Shown here in pieces: positions 35,836 through 51,000 of a stretch of DNA of 64,000 bases (the stretch's first letter is position 1; every line of letters begins with the position of its first letter). The notes beneath the pieces were generated by a model. The model did no database searches, was not told where the DNA came from, and worked only from the letters and a program-made list of their open reading frames with translations. The position numbers and the translations under genes are program-made. Origin of the DNA: Selaginella moellendorffii (taxonomy: Eukaryota > Plantae > Lycopodiophyta); the NCBI RefSeq assembly GCF_000143415.4, contig NW_003314337.1, positions 78,559 through 142,558 on the forward strand. Reading direction: 5' to 3'.

Positions 35836-37513
35836 GATCACTAATGATGTCCTCTAGCAAACCAATATCAAGAAAAACCTTCTCCAAGTAAACTGCAGCC
35901 AAGTCTAAAGTAGTCTTCTGAAGAGCCAACAACTACACATTCTTCGTCAACCGATCCACTATGACCCATACTTGCTCCTTTTGCCTCTGTGTTCGTCCCA
36001 AACAAGTGATGAAGTCTATAGAGATACTACACCAATGGCTCTAAGGAATAGGTAAAGGTTGCAAAAGTCCCCCTGGCTTCTCCCGTGGCACTTTAACCCG
36101 CTGACAAAGTTCACATGATTTACAATACTTGAGAATATCAGCCTTCATATTCCTCCAATAAAAGTTGCGCTTAATCAACTCATACTTCTTCCCCCAAAAA
36201 TGACTGGCCTCTGGAAGATCATGATAGTGGAATAAAACTTGAGTAATTAATGCATCCACCCATGGCAAATATACACAGCCATTGTAGAAGAGAATCCCAT
36301 CCACCAATGAGAAAGGGGTTTCCATCTAGTCTTGCAAAGAGGCCACCTCAGCATCCTAAACTTGAGCATGCTCAACCAACTACCCAAACTCGCTGACCAC
36401 CTTACTCAAATGATGACAAAATCGTGTTTGTAATGTCATCACATGACGAACATGAGATAAAACATCTGCCACCACATTTGATTTTCTTGGATGATGCTCA
36501 ATAGAAAACTCCCGAAACTCCATGAGTTTGACCATCTAACGAGCTTACCTCATGTTCAACTCCTATGTGAAAAGATACATATGTGGTTTGTGATCTGTCA
36601 ACACCACGAATACTGCACCATAAAGATAGTGCTGCCACGTCTGTAAAGCATGAACAATAGAGAGTAACTCTTGCTCATATGTGGAATAGCATTGCTTCGT
36701 GGAATTCAAAGTTTAACTCTCATATGCAATAGGCTGTCCCTCTTGCATGAGAACTCCTCCCAATGCATAACCACTCGCATCTCATGTCACCTCGTAAAGT
36801 TTCGATGGATTAACAGTGCAAAGCACTAGAGTCTCACTCAACAATCTTTTCAGCGCCACAAAACTCTCCTCTTGTGGCTCCTTCCACTCGAACGGAACAT
36901 CCTTGCATAACAACCGCGTCAAAGGAATAGCCACCTCTGCAAACTTCTGCTGGAAACATCAGTAGTAACTAGCCATACCAAGAAAACTACGCAACTCGGC
37001 CACTATAGTTGGTGTAGGCAAGTTTTCCACCATAGCCACCTTCTTTGGATCTGTCTTGACACCCTTAGATGTCACAATATGGCCTAAATATTCTACCTCT
37101 GACTTTGCAAATTCACATTTGTTCTTCTTCGCATAAAGTTTGTTGTCTCGGTGTAACAAAAGAACTTTGCGCAAATGCACCTTATGCTCCTCCATATTCT
37201 TGCTAAAAACAAGAATATCATCCAGAAAAATCTCCATAAACTCATGAAGATAATGCCCAAATACCTCCATCATCAACCGAGTAAATGTGGCTAGTGCATT
37301 TGTTAAACCAAACGGCATAACTGTAAACTCAAAATGTCTGAAGTTTGTGTTGAATCCCGTCTTATAGATAGATGCATCATCTATTGCAATCTGATGATAT
37401 CCACTCCTCATATCAATCTTGGTAAACACTCATGTTTCACCAAGCTTGTCTAAGATATCATCCACATGTGGCATCGGCATCTTATCCTTCACTGTCTTCT
37501 TGTTCAAAGCGTG

Positions 37514-38594
37514 TGTAAGGAACCAAATCCTCGAGGTGTCGTAGGCTAAAGGATCCTCGAAAGCACGACCAAAATGATAAAGAGTTTATTGGATGGGACC
37601 GAGTTTGAGATCGAGTCCAAGACCAACTCTAAGACCAAGTTCGAGATAGAGTCCAGGATCGAGTCCAAGGCCAACTCCGAAACTGACTTTGAGACCGAGT
37701 TTGAGACAAAGTCCGAGATCCAAGATAGGGTCCTAGACCAAGTCTGAGGTTGGGTCCGAGATTGACTCCGAGATCGGGTCTGAGGTTGAGTCCGACACTG
37801 AGTCTAAAGTCGGGTCTGAGATTGAATCCGAGTACTAATACAGGTCGAAGGGTGAAGGGGGGGGGGGGGGGGCTGGAGGGGGTTCCAAAAGTATAGTAGG
37901 GATAGTGAGGTCTAGGATCAGTCTTGAAGGAACTCTTCAGTGGTGCTTCAAAACTGACTGGGACCGAGGGGCCTTGGGTGGGAGTGAGCATGGACTCGAG
38001 TGGTGCTGGAGGGGCCACCCAAGGAAGTGCTCAAGAGCAACTCGCACTCTCAGAAGAGAAACCAACTGCGGTGCTCCTGGCTCATGTTGAGTGGTGCCCC
38101 ACTTGAGTACCTTGTGGCTCATTACTCCTTGCCCTTCCTAGGGGCTTGGGCCTTCCCTTCAGGATGCAAATGTGGGGGTAGAGGTACCCATATCGGGCCC
38201 TTAGGCCACGGTGTTTTTCCCTAGCGTCCCGAAGCAAGTGTTGCACCCAAGGCTTGGGATTTAGAGGGTCCCATAATCAAGTTTTGTTGTACCAAGGGAT
38301 GTTAGAAACCTGGAGGCTTGGTGTGCTTGGCTGCTTGTGCCTGCGGGGAGTGTAGCCGAACCTTAAGTCCAGTTTAACCCGGGGAGGGGGATTGGGAGAA
38401 ATTTGGGAATCCATGGATGGATGGCTAATGCTCCATTGTTCATGCAGTGAGTAGCTGAAACCAAGTAGGACCAAGTAGGAGCTGGTACAATAGGCGAGAA
38501 CCTTGGCAAGAAAACTTAGCTAAAAGCAAAGGTAGTGTTGGTCGGATAGATGAGGTAAACTGGTAAATTGGAAAGGAAAAATTTATAGCTTACA
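37514..38594 (+). mobile_element. Solo LTR-B inserted in the RT of element E
   Basis: TGTAAGGAAC...AGCTTACA termini. Flanks GCGTG/GCACA fit a CpG-decayed GCGCG TSD. Removal restores the RT motif CINY(R)ALNK. Confidence 0.88.
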
Positions 38595-40119
38595 GCACAA
38601 TAGTTAATACACATCCGCATTGAACCGTCCTTCTTAACAAGCAAGACCAGAGCACCAAATGGAGACTTACTTGGCTAAATAAATCCAAACTCAAGTAACT
38701 CCTTGACTTATCATTGAAATTTTTGCTCCTCCACATTACTAAACCTCAAACTCATCCATGGTAGACATTGGTGGTTTCTTATCCACAACACGAGACTCCT
38801 CAAGCCAATTCCACCATCGAAGACCCGCATCACACAAAACCATCGGAATAGCCACTAAAGCCTCTACATCTAGAGTTCCCTTAGCAGCCAGGAACTTCTT
38901 CACATTGGCTAGCCAAGCGAGACACTTGTCCATACCACCATCACCGGAAAAAGTTGGAATCTTGAGTCGATCTACCAAAGAAGGCTTACTTGGAGCACTA
39001 CCTCGTCTAGCCTCAAGTGCCTCAACATGCCCACGCATGGTATCCATCATGCTATGCATCTCATCATGCATCTCTTGTTAATTTCGATTCAACTCATGAA
39101 CCACATCTTGAATGGTCCAAATCTCTACAGCTTTGTCAACACCATCGTCGACACCACCATCGACAATAGGATTCCAGTGTTTAACTTGGTCGGCTATCAC
39201 AACCAACTACTTTGATACCAATGTTATGATTCGGCACAAAAAGACAAAGATCTAGTCACCCTAGACTATGCTATGCCACCTCTTGAGGTTCCTCACCACC
39301 CAACCACCCCTGAGCTACCTCAAATTTCTCAGGTTGTGGAGCGAGTCTCTAGTCAGTAGGGAAATGCCAGGGCGACTAGAGGACTAGTTGAATCAGCCCT
39401 ATTCTTCAATGACCTCTTCAAAGTGGATGACAGGACATTGGGCAGGGAAGACCACTACACAATTTGGAGAAAGTTGCATGGCAAAGGCTTCCAAACTCTC
39501 AAGCAACTAGTGGGAGTTTTGGACAAGGATAGGAGGAAGACTACAAGGTGTATGTAGGTCTTTAACCTAGGACGGTGGAGGAAAGTCCACCTCGATCTTC
39601 TTTGCATCATCAGAGTGGTGAGAAAGGCGAAGAAGGGGTAGCTCTAGCCTAGGCATTGTCTCAAACCTAGAGACTTTGTGGCTCTACAACAAGACGTGGA
39701 GCCAGACAGGGAACGAATCAGCTTTTGGGCCTAAACTCGGGCATTTACAGCCCCAATGCCGGCTTGGCAAGATGGCAATGTGGAGGTGTGGTTCGTTGTG
39801 TCTCCTGAACAAAATGTTAGGCATCCTTTTTGGGTTATGAGAGGTGATATGCTGCTGCTAGCAGGAGACAACCAGATCATGCCCATGGTGATAGATAACA
39901 AAGTCAAGGGGAGGATTTGAGTAGTACAACAGGCTTTGAAGTAGTTGGTGGTGGTTCAATTGATGGACACATTAGAGGGGGATGGCATTCTTAGAAGGTG
40001 GTGACAACAGCTCATCGAGGATTTGGATTGGGACCCAGCAGCATGGAAATGAGGAGTGAGGAGTTTCTTCTTGTTTGAAGTCAAGGAAGCACGAGATGGT
40101 CTCTTGACCAGGAGGGAGG

Positions 40120-43100
40120 TGTAAGGAACCGACTCCCCGAGATGTCATAGGCTAAACGATCCCTAAAAGCATAACCAAAATGACAAAGAGTTCATCGAAT
40201 GGGACCGAGTCGAAGATCAAGTCCAAGATCAACTCTGAGACGGAGTTCGAGATAGAGTCCAGGATTGAGCCCGAGGCCAAATCGGAGACCAAGTTCAAGA
40301 CCGAGTTCGAGACAGAGTCCGAGATCCAAATCAGGTCCGAGACCGAGTCCGAGGTCGAGTTCGAAGTCGAGTCCGAAATTGGGTCCGAGATCGAGTCCGA
40401 GATCGAGTCCAAGACCGAGTCCGAAGTCCGGTCCAAGATCGAGTCTGAGATTGAGTCTAAAACCGAGTCCGAATACTAATATGGGTCAAGGGGTGAAAGC
40501 CCAAAGTGTGTGTCTCCCGGGGGGGGGGGGTCTGCAGGTGGTTCCAAAAGTATAGTAGGGAAAGGAACTCTCTAATGGTGCTTCCAAACTAACTTGAGGT
40601 TGAGACTGGGGCCGAGGGGCTTTGGGTGGGAGTGAGCATGGGCTTGGGTGGTGCCGGAGGGGCCACCCAAGCAAGTGCTCAAGAGCAGCTCCCACTCTCT
40701 AAAGGGAAACCGATTGCGGTGCTCCCGGCTCATGTGGAGTGGTGCCCCACTTGAGTACCTTGTGGCTCATTGTTCCTTGCCCTTCCTAGAGGCTTGGGCC
40801 TTCCCTTTGGGATGGAAGTGGGGGGGGTAGAGGTACCCATACCAGGCCATTAGGCCATGGTGTTTCGCCCTGATGTCCCGAAGCAAGTGTTGCACCCAAG
40901 GCTTGGGATTTAGAGGGTCCTATGATCAAGTCTTGTTGTACCAAGGGGTGTTAGGAACCTAGAGGCTTGGTGTGCTTGGCTGCTTGTGCCTACGGGGAGT
41001 GCAGCCGAACCTTAAGTCTAGTCTAACTTGGGGAGGGGGATTGGGAGAGATTTGGGAATCCATGGATGGATGGCTAATGCTCCGTTGCTCTTGTAGTGAG
41101 TAGCTGAAACCAAGTAGAACCAAGTAGGAGCTAGTACAATAGGCAGGAACCTTGGCAAGGGAACTTAGCACAAGCCAAGGCAGTGTTGGTCGGATAGACG
41201 AGGTAAGCTGGCAAATTGGAAAGGAAAAATTTGTGGCTTACAATTTGGTATCAGAGCCTTTTCCTCAGTTCTAGCGAAGGATAAAGGCAAATTGCTGGGA
41301 GATGGCAAAGGCAGGGTGAAAATGAACCAAGGCAGAGATGGAACTTCCTCCAGAGTTGGAGCCTCCTGTCGAACAAGAGGCTATAGATGAGGAATCCTTG
41401 CATGAGGAGGACTCCAGTGAGGAATCTTCCAAACAGGAGTCCGGTGGTGAGGTTCTTTCATCCGAGGCGCGATTAGACGTTCTAGAAGGACAATCTACAC
41501 AGACCAATGCCCTGTTGGAGACTCCTGTACGCAAGCAAAAGCGTGACAAGAAGCGGAAGAAAAGGCAAAAGACTACGGAGGCTGGCAGCGCAGAAGGTGC
41601 AGACCCTTCGGCAGGGATTGAGGCAAAACCAGACAAAGTCGAACAGACCGAAGTGGAATCAGTCCCTCAGGCATATCCCAAGTACAAACCAAAGCCCCCA
41701 CCGGTCTTCAAGGGAGTGAATGACTATAAGGTGGTGGAGGATTGGTTTTACAATATGGAGGACTACTTCCGAGCGTTGCGGTTACCGAGCTCAGAGAAGG
41801 TCCCATGTGCAAAACTATACTTGGCAGATAATGCCAAGTATTGGTGGAGAATGACAGAGGCCAACGAAGGACCGGTGGCCACTTGGGAAATGATGAAGGC
41901 GAGGATCCGTGGATTTATGTTCCTCCGAATGCTACTCTGCATCTAAGGGATGAGTTGAGTAGGCTGAGGCAGACCAAAACCATTCAAGAATATGTGAATG
42001 GGGTTATGGCAAAGAGGATACTTGTCACAAATATAGGGGATATGGATGCGTTCCATGCTTTCATATCAGGTTTGCAAACCTGGGCTCGCAATGAGGTGAT
42101 GCATTGGAACCCAACCAACTACAAGGAAGCGTTGGATGCGGCCATCAAGGTGCATTTCAATGATAACCTGCGAAAGGGGAACACAATGGGGTTGGGGTCC
42201 ACATTTAGCAAAGGGGCCAAACCAAGGGGAACGTATAGCAGAGGGAAATTCAAAAAGAATTTCTCTAAGAATGAGTCCTCAGGGTTCCGGAAAGGCAAAT
42301 CCGGTGGCCAGCAAACAAGTACGTGGGGGAGTCAAGGAAAAATAGACAAACCCACGGATAAGAAGGTCAAGTCATATAGCAGCGTGGAAACAACGTATGC
42401 TACAACTACGGTGAGGCGGGACACTTTTCAAGGGAATGTCCCTACCCGAAGAAGGCTAGAGCCAATATGGCCATCAAGTCAGGTGAAGTCCAAACTAAGG
42501 TATATGATCCAGTCCCTAACTCAAAGTTACTCATTACACGAGCAACTTTGGTAGAGAGTCATTCATGACATCTACTAGCCCTCTAAGGGAAGCTCGGAGG
42601 TAGCTTTGTTAAGATCCTTATTGACACGGGTGCTTCGGATAATTTTGTGGCTGCAGGCATAGTTCGGCAAGCCGGACTAACGGTGCAGTGGCTAGGCAAA
42701 CCAAAAACTATAGAGTTTGTTCAAGGTAGCCAAAGCACTAATGAGGTACTTCGACAAGCGAGAGTCGAAGTAGGGACATGGAAAGTGGACATAGATTTCA
42801 CCGTGTTGGACATGGCAGGATTTGATGTGATCTTCGGAATGGATTGGTTCAAATGGTTCGTAGTAGCCCTACATGGATAAGTTAGAAACCTTGTGGTACT
42901 GGCGAATGCCCAAGGAAGAAGATCTAGGATGGAGGCCCAGGATCTAAAGGTAGGGCAAAGCAAGGCCAAAGATTCCTGCTTAAACTTGGTGTCCACGAGA
43001 GGATAACTCACTAAAGGAACTAAGGCAGCATTTTTGTGCTTACTCTCGGTGAAGAATGACAAAAAGACAAGAACGGAAGAAGTGCCTTTAGTGATCCAAC

Positions 43101-46100
43101 GGGTGTTGGACCAATTCCAGGATACCATGCCAGAGGAGCTACCGGCGGGGTTGCCCCCTGCACGACCGATAGAACATAAGATTGAGCTGGTTGAGGGTGC
43201 TGAGGCGGTGGTTCGTCCCCCCTATCATTTGAACGAAAAAGAACTCGAAGAGCTCAAGCGCCAACTAGAGGAGTTGGTGGACAAAGGGTATGTTAGGTTG
43301 AGCAAGTCGCCGTATGGGGCGCCGGTGTTATTTGTGAAAAAGAAAGATGGATCTATGTGCATGTGCATAGATTACCGGTTGCTCAACAAGTATACAAAGA
43401 AGAACAAATACCCTTTGCCAAGGATTGAGGACCTATTCAATAGGTTGGGAAAGGCAAAATACTTCTCGAAGATTGACCTAAGGTCAAGATACTACCAAAT
43501 CAGGGTACCAGAGGAAGATGTTGAGAAGACAACCTATCGAACCAGGTCTGGGAGCTTTGAGTTTCTAGTGATGCCCTTTGGGCTGTGCAATGCGCCGGCA
43601 ACGTTTTTGGCGTTGATGAACCATATCTTTGTACCGTATCTGGATCACTTTGTGGTCATCTATATCAACGACATCCTGATCTATAGCGAGACACTAAAGG
43701 AGCATGCCAAACACTTGGCAAAGGTGTTTGAGAAACTAAGGGAACACAAACTGTATGCTAAAGAGAGCAAATGTGACTTTGCTCAACAAGAGGTAAAGTT
43801 TCTCGAGCATGTGGTGGGCTAGGACGGGCTCAAGGTGGACCCGAAGAAGGTCCAACTGATCCAGGAATGGGAGCGACCATCGAATGTACATGAGTTGAGG
43901 GCATCTTGGGGCTATGCAACTACTACCGAAAGTTTATCAGACACTATTCGAGAGTAGCTCTGCCCTTAACAGACCAAACAAGAAAAGGGAAGATGGTATG
44001 GACAGCGGAATGCGAGGCGGCATTCGTCCACCTCAGAGGGAAGTTGAGGAAGGCTCCCATGTTGGCATTACCAGACTTTGGTAAGGACTTTCAGGTAGAA
44101 ATGGATGCTTCGGACTTTGCATTGGGCATAGTTTTGAAGCAAAACAACCATTCAGTAGTGTTCTTCTCGAAGAAGTTGGACAAGGCTCAACAGAAGTGGC
44201 CTACCCACGAGAAGGAATTGTTTGCGATGGTCAAGGCACTCAAGGAATGGCGACACTACTTTGGGAGACACTTCAAGGTTTACACGGACAATGTGGCAAC
44301 AAAACACTTCTTGTCACAGCCCAACCTGAGAGGGAAACAAGGTCGGTGGGCCAATGCCTTGGCCAAGTTTGATTGCAAGATTTTGTACAAGCCTGGGAAG
44401 AGCAACATCATGGCGGATGCGCTGAGTCGAAAAGCGAGCTTGAGGTTGGCGATATCCAGCGCGACAGCAACCTTTTAGGACAATGTGCGGACAGCATATG
44501 AGAATGATGGTCTAGCCCAAGAAGTGTTGCTGAGGAATCTAGAGGCACGGGAAGCTCACCAGAGAGGTGAGCTGCCAACGGAAGAGAAAACTGGCTATGC
44601 GGAACACAACGAACTCATCTATTACAAGCAAACGAGGGTGTATGTTCCAGAAGGGGAACTAAGGAAGGTAGCCTTAGAAGAGTGTCATGATGGACCTCTT
44701 GTGGGACACGGCAGAGTGCCCCAGACGATGGGCTTACTCAAGAGGAAGTACCATTGGCTAGATATGGCTAGGAACATCCAAGACTATGTAAAGACATGTC
44801 CAACATGTCAGCAGGTCAAAACCGTGACTAAGGTTAGTGGGGGCTTGTTGCAAAGCATCCTAATTCCAAATCTTCCGTGGAAATGTCTTATGATGGACTT
44901 CATCACGGGAGTCCCCCCAAATGAGGGGTTTGATGCGATATTCATGGCAGTGGACCGATTTTCGAAAATGGCACATTTCATACCCACCACAATGGAAGTG
45001 GATGCAGAAGGTGTGGCGAAGCTGTTCTTCGAACAAGTGGTTCGAGTGCGGGGAAGGCCGGAAGAGATCATCTCAGATTGAGATAAGATCTTCACTAGTA
45101 GGTTCTGGAGGACTCTCCTGGAACAGTATCGCACCAAGCTGAAATTCAGCATAGCCTATCACCCACAGACAAGTATTGGGTATTAAGTCAAGTTTGATGG
45201 CACTAACACTTCTTGACAGATGGACAAACGGAAAGGGTGAATAGGCAGCTGGAGGATTATTTGCGATGCTATGTCTTGGGAGACCAAACCGATTGGGTAA
45301 GTCATTTGGGACTTGCAGAAATGTGTTATAACAACTCACCACATTCGAATATCGGGATGAGTCCATGGGAAGTCATCAATGGGTGACCTATTGAAGGTCC
45401 TATGGAACTTGGCGTGGCTGAGTATCATGGAAAGTTACCCCTAGTGGAGGCATTCACAACAGAGAGACTCAGCATTTGGAATCTAGTGAGGGATTCCTTG
45501 GAACGGGCTCAACAAAGGCAAACCAAGTACGCTAACCAAAAGTGTCGGGACGTAGAGTTCCAAGCTGAGGAGAAGGTGTGGCTAAACACCAAGAACCTCA
45601 AGCTACCAAGTGGGATCAGCCGGAAGTTGACCCAAAGGTAAAAATGCATGTATTCCTGTAAGTGAATTGATCTTGAGTTCCTTAAGCAGGTTCGCGGGGC
45701 CTTACGAGATTGAGGCACGAATTGGTAAAGTGGCTTACCGTCTCTGACTTCCTCGAGAGATGGGGAAGATGCACCTCATGTTCCACATGAACTTACTCAA
45801 GCCGTACTTTGAGGATCCGCTTTGCAAGGACCAAATAAGACCTTTACCTGAGGTTATCCAAGGGGAAGAGGAATACGAAGTCGAGGCCATCCTCAATGCG
45901 TGCAAGAGCAAGCGACAAGGACGCGAGGTGAGAGAGTTCCATGTGAAGTGGAAAGGATTTCCACACTGCAAAGCAACATGGGAACCGGAGGAGAACCTAG
46001 CGAATGCGCGAGATCTAGTGGAGGAATTTCTGCAAGGCAAAACTCTATGTACTTAAGCAAAGTTCAATTAAAATATCAATTTGTGAAGTTGAGCAAAGGC

Positions 46101-47569
46101 ATATATTGGGACCCGAAGGCGCGCCGAAGGTAAGCTAATTAGCATGGGTTAGCTAGGTCGACCAGGCGTAGGGCACTACGCCTAACTCCCCGCGGGGATG
46201 TCGAATCCGTAGACATATTCTACAAAGGTTGGGTTCAAGTCCCAACCCCCTAGTAAAGCAAGGCTGGGTTCAAGTCCTGACCCCATACTAGTGCGTGGTG
46301 AGGTGAGGGGTATAGGGACACCTATATTCCGTTGTCATGGGCTCTTGGCCGGGGAGGCTAACTTAGGCACACCACTAAGTGGGGGGATGCCCCTGGAGAC
46401 ATGGTCAACAAGTCGTAGGATAAAAAAGAGATGTTCGATGTGGGTATCGAACTTCTTCTATGGGTGGTGGAGTTGTAAGGAACCGACTCCCCGAGATGTC
46501 GTAGCCTAAAGGATCCCCAAAAGCATGACTGAAATGACAAAGAATTCATCGGATGGGACTGAGTCGAAGATCGAGTCCAAGACCGACTCTGAGACCAAGT
46601 TCGAGATAGAGTCCGGGATCGAGCCCGAGGCCGAATCGGAGACCGAGTTCGAGACAGAGTCCGAGATCCAAATCGGGTCCGAGACCGAGTCCGAGGTCGA
46701 GTCCGAAGTCGAGTTCGAGATCGGGTCCGAGATCGGGTCTGAGATCGAGTCTGAGATTGAGTCCGAGACCGAGTCCGAATACTAATATGGGTCATGGGGT
46801 TAAAGCCCAAAGCATGCGTCTCCCGGGGGGGGGGGCTGCAGGGGGTTCCAAAAGTATAGTAGGGATAGTGAGGTCTAGGAACCAGCTTTGAAGGAACTCT
46901 CCAGTGGTGCTTCCAAACTGACTTGAGGTTGAGACTGGGGCCAAGGGGCTTTGGGTGGGAGTGAGCATGGGCTTGGGTGGTGCCAAAGGGGCCACCCAGG
47001 GAAGTGCTCAAGAGCAGCTCCCACTCCCGAAAGGGAAACCAACTGTGGTGCTCCCGGCTTATGTGGAGTGGTGCCCCACTTGAGTACCTTGTGGCTTATT
47101 GGTCCTCACCTTTCCTAGGGACTTGGGCCTTCCCTTCGGGATGGAAGTGGGGGGTAGAGGTACCCATACCGGACCGTTAGGCCACGGTGTTTCACCCCAA
47201 TGTCCCGAAGCAAGTGTTGCACCCAAGGCTTGGGATTTAGAGGGTCCTATGATCAAGTCTTGTTGTACCAAGGGGTGTTAGGAACCTGGAAGCTTGGTGT
47301 GCTTGGCTGCTTGTGCCTGCGGGGAGTGTAACCGAACCTTAAGTCTAGTTTAACCCGGGGAGGGGGATTGGGAGAGATTTGGGAATCCATGGATAGATGG
47401 CTAATCCTCCATTGCTCTTGCAGTGAGTAGCTGAAACCAAGTAGGACCAAGTAGGAGCTGATACAATAGGCGGGAACCTTGGCAAAGGAACTTAGCACAA
47501 GCCAAGGCAGTGTTGGTCAGATAGACGAGGTAAGCTGGCAAATTGGAAAGGAAAAATTTGTGGCTTACA
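40120..47569 (+). mobile_element. Full-length family-B chromovirus-type Ty3/Gypsy LTR retrotransposon (7450 bp), decayed
   Basis: LTRs 40120-41242 and 46474-47569, PBS(Met) TGGTATCAGAGC 41246-41257, PPT GGGTGGTGGAGT 46462-46473, TSD GGAGG/AGAGG. Confidence 0.95.
41338..46056 (+). pseudogene. gag-pol with C-terminal chromodomain; multiple stops and frameshifts
   Basis: Gag with CCHC knuckle, protease LIDTGAS, RT (43034-43822, YIND), RNase H (DASDFALG), integrase (HDGPLVGH..CPTCQ, MDFIT) and chromodomain YEVEAIL..VKWKGF..TWEPEENL. Confidence 0.93.
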
Positions 47570-47599
47570 AGAGGAGGCCCAAGGGGAGATTCCCAAGCT

Positions 47600-48000
47600 C
47601 TAGAAGAAATGGATTAAGCAAGGAGTTGAAGCAAATCAGGTGGTGGACAACACACTTACGTTTTGGAAATTACCGGTATAGGTGAAAGTCAAGGCCACCT
47701 CTTGGTTGGTGGCAAATAATGGGCTGTCAGTAGGACAATGGTTCCAAGAGGAAGCATGCTGACAATGCAAGGAGTGTGGCGAGCTAAAGACAGCACAACA
47801 TGCACTATGGGAATATGACGTGGTGAGAGAGGTATGGCAATAGATCTTCAAGGCGACACAGGAATTAGAAGACATTTCAGAGTTCAAGGCTCAAAGCAGG
47901 GATATCCTCCACTAGTTTGAGGGAGCTAGAGGTCTAGCCATTGGTCCAGCTTGGAGGTGTATTCGCCATCACAAACCACACAGATGGAACATACAAGTCC
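47600..48000 (+). mobile_element. LINE (L1/Tx1-like) ORF2 C-terminal remnant (zf-RVT), probably continuous with ~39400-40119 before the Gypsy insertion
   Basis: Translation WKLPV*VKVKATSWLVANNGLSVGQW...CKECGELKTAQHALWEYDVVREVWQ. Confidence 0.7.
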
Positions 48001-51000
48001 GGTGGGATGCAACAGGGGCAAAAGTCAGGATGTTAGTTTGGGAGGCAATGAGCCATGAGCACTAGTCCATTTGGAGAGCAACAGGATTGCAAGCACTTTA
48101 GGAGGCATGGAACCATTGTCACTTCAATGGGCAACAAGCAAGGATATCGGCAATGGTGGCATCATGGTGGAAACTTACTCTTGCAATAGTGTGTCTTCAT
48201 TACGCCATCCTAAAAGAGTAGATAAAACCAGGGCAACTAGAGGAGTGGAGGTCCAAGTGGCTCCCATGCTTCAGTAGAATGATAAGTGGCGAGATTCGCT
48301 AGCAGTAGCACCCCCTAGAGTTTATTCTATGTTTAGCTCGAGGGGGAGATTTGGACATCGACATGATTTGAATGAGACGACCACGTCCACTTCTACTTTA
48401 GCACTAGGTCTAGCTATGACACAAGACAATTACGTGGAGTAGCTTATTGAGAGGGCAGCATACCTAGTTTTTGTATTAGTCCCATTGGGATATAGGGAAT
48501 ATATATATACATTTATCGATCCCCAAGAAGGCTTTTGTCAAGATTGTGAGCAAAGATAAGTTTAGCATCACTTAAGGGCTCTAAATCTTGTGGATATGCA
48601 TTGATGATGGAAGGCTGAAATACAAAAGAAATAGAGATAGGGTTTGAGTGCTAGCTCACCCCCCTTTATCTAGTCTTATATAGTGGCAATCGCCACTTCT
48701 TCCTGTTTTTAAATCTAAAAGTTTGAGTCTTGAGATTCAAGATAATGTTTCTAAATGCAAGATTTATTTCTTGTGCCCTATACTACTTTACTATTCTACT
48801 ACCACCTTTTCTCTATGACTTAATATTAGAAGTTAAAGTCAAAGAAAAATCAAACTGAATCCCTTCACAACTACTCTTTTCTTTCTATATCTTATATTAG
48901 TCCTATTATCCATCCACCCTACTCTATGACAAACTTTATGTTCCACCATCTTTAAAAAATTATTTGTTATATAACTCTCACAATCTTCCAAAGATTATAA
49001 AATGACTTGCTATATAACTCCAACCTTAGCAAAACTTTATGCCACCATTCAAAAATATTTCCTTCTATAATATATGCATTCAACAATGGTCATCTAAGTT
49101 TGCTTCTTTTCCTACACTAATAAATATAAATTATGATCCAAGGATTATATGAGGAGGAGCCCCTCACAACACAAAGTGTAATTCTAGTATAAGTTTTCTC
49201 TTCTCATTTTTCAATGTTCTTAATTTCTTGAAAAATACAAAGAAATTAGATGTTAATGGAAATCCCTCTCCTCTTTCTTTCTCTCAAAGCACAAGGAATG
49301 CAAAGATGGTGCATTTCTAGCCACAAGCTTCAAACACAATAACCTTATGATGGCACAAAAAGAGACTAAAGAATTATTGGAATCTCAATCACTAAAAGAT
49401 CTACTCTCATTCATGTTGCCATTTTATAAAACCTTCGTATGAATTGCACAATAAGGATTTTTATGGGTGCATAATGGCTGATGATCATGTAAGAAGCACC
49501 AATAATTCCTAGAGAGCACCCAGCATAACAAAGCATGAATCATGAAGGAAACCATCTAAAGTGTTGCATTGGAAAAATGAAGTCCAAAGTCCCTCATCAA
49601 TAGCTAAAGGTGTGGTTTAATATTATAAAAAAGATTGTCTGTCATGAAAGTAAGTCTTATGCATACTTACTTAAAGGTTACTCATAAAGGTTATTTTATA
49701 GTCTAAATAGGACTATTTATAACATCTCAAAGTCAAAACATACACACAAGGAGAAGATAGACATTCTAAAGGATCTCAATAGTAGGCTTAGGGAAGGAGA
49801 AAAAGGAATAGACATCACAATAGAAAATATGATGAGGAGGATTGTTTACATTTTGCAAAGGGAGAAGTTCTTGGCACCTTTCATTAGGCATGATTTTGAG
49901 TAGCTTTCATGGAAGGACTTCATAACTACCAAACTTACAAAGCTTGGAGATGATTAGTTGCTAAAGAAGGCCACAAGCACAACTCAATTCAATAAACAAT
50001 TTGACCAACTTTACTTCATACAACAAGCAGTTTTCAAGTGATATATAATTTCTCAACATTACTCAATTTCTTCATATTGCATTTCAGGTATCTTTAACAT
50101 AAAGGATATATCTGACAACAATGAAGTTTCTAGTAGTGATAAAGTGAATTTTCTTTTGGAATTGGAGATCCAAGACTATGCACTAGAAAAGAGGCTATTA
50201 AAGGCAATAACAAAGATGTGTTGAATAACAAAGGTGGTAGGCATAAGAATGTTTATGGTATTAATGTTAATAACAATAAGAGTGACGATGGTAGTGAGAA
50301 TAACTTGCAACAAGTTCCTCCATAACAGGAGGAAGAGGAACTGGAGCAAGTTCCTCTAGGACAAAAGAATCAGAACATGCAAGAAGCTCCACCATAATGA
50401 AGGTTTATTGCCAAGTCTTGAGGAATTAGTCAATAGTGATAATGATTGTCCAAGACATGCATGTAACCAAAGAACTTCTTGAGGTACATTTCTTTTAATC
50501 TTTTCTATTCTTGGTTTCTTATAAATGGTTGCAACAAAAATTATTAAGAGTAACTTTATTCTAGCTTGTCTTGATGCATAAGAAGAGGATATGGAGAAAC
50601 TCATATCTACAACACACTACATGACTGTATGGAAATTAATTGATCTCCTTCCTTACCTTCCTCTTTTGCCCCTGTCCCCCCCTCCTCCCCTCAATTCACC
50701 CTATTACTCTGGTGGCATCTTAGGCTGGAGTTGGAATTTTATTGATAACATCTTTTAAAAAGGATATAGTTGTCCAAAAAAAGTGGGAACACTTTTGTCA
50801 GAAGATCCATAGGCAATTGCAAGGGGATGGCCTGATGGTTTTTTAGATGCTACTAGTGATGTCCTAAACTAGAACATCTTGACTAACAACCACTTGAAGG
50901 ATTTGGATTAAAATTCTGGATCAAAATCTAATGCTATATCTGTAGCTTTCCATCATGATCTTCTATGGCTCCACCTTGATCTTGACTACTATCTGCTACT

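Larger units (their letters stand above)
34785..39230 (-). mobile_element. Decayed Ty3/Gypsy element E (gag fragment, RT, RNase H, integrase)
   Basis: PBS complement TTTGATACCA 39211-39220 next to an LTR end. gag 38739-39071, RT 36959-37513 (DMRSGYHQI, MPFGLTNA, FLDDILV), integrase zinc finger 36041-36325 and core to ~34785. Confidence 0.88.
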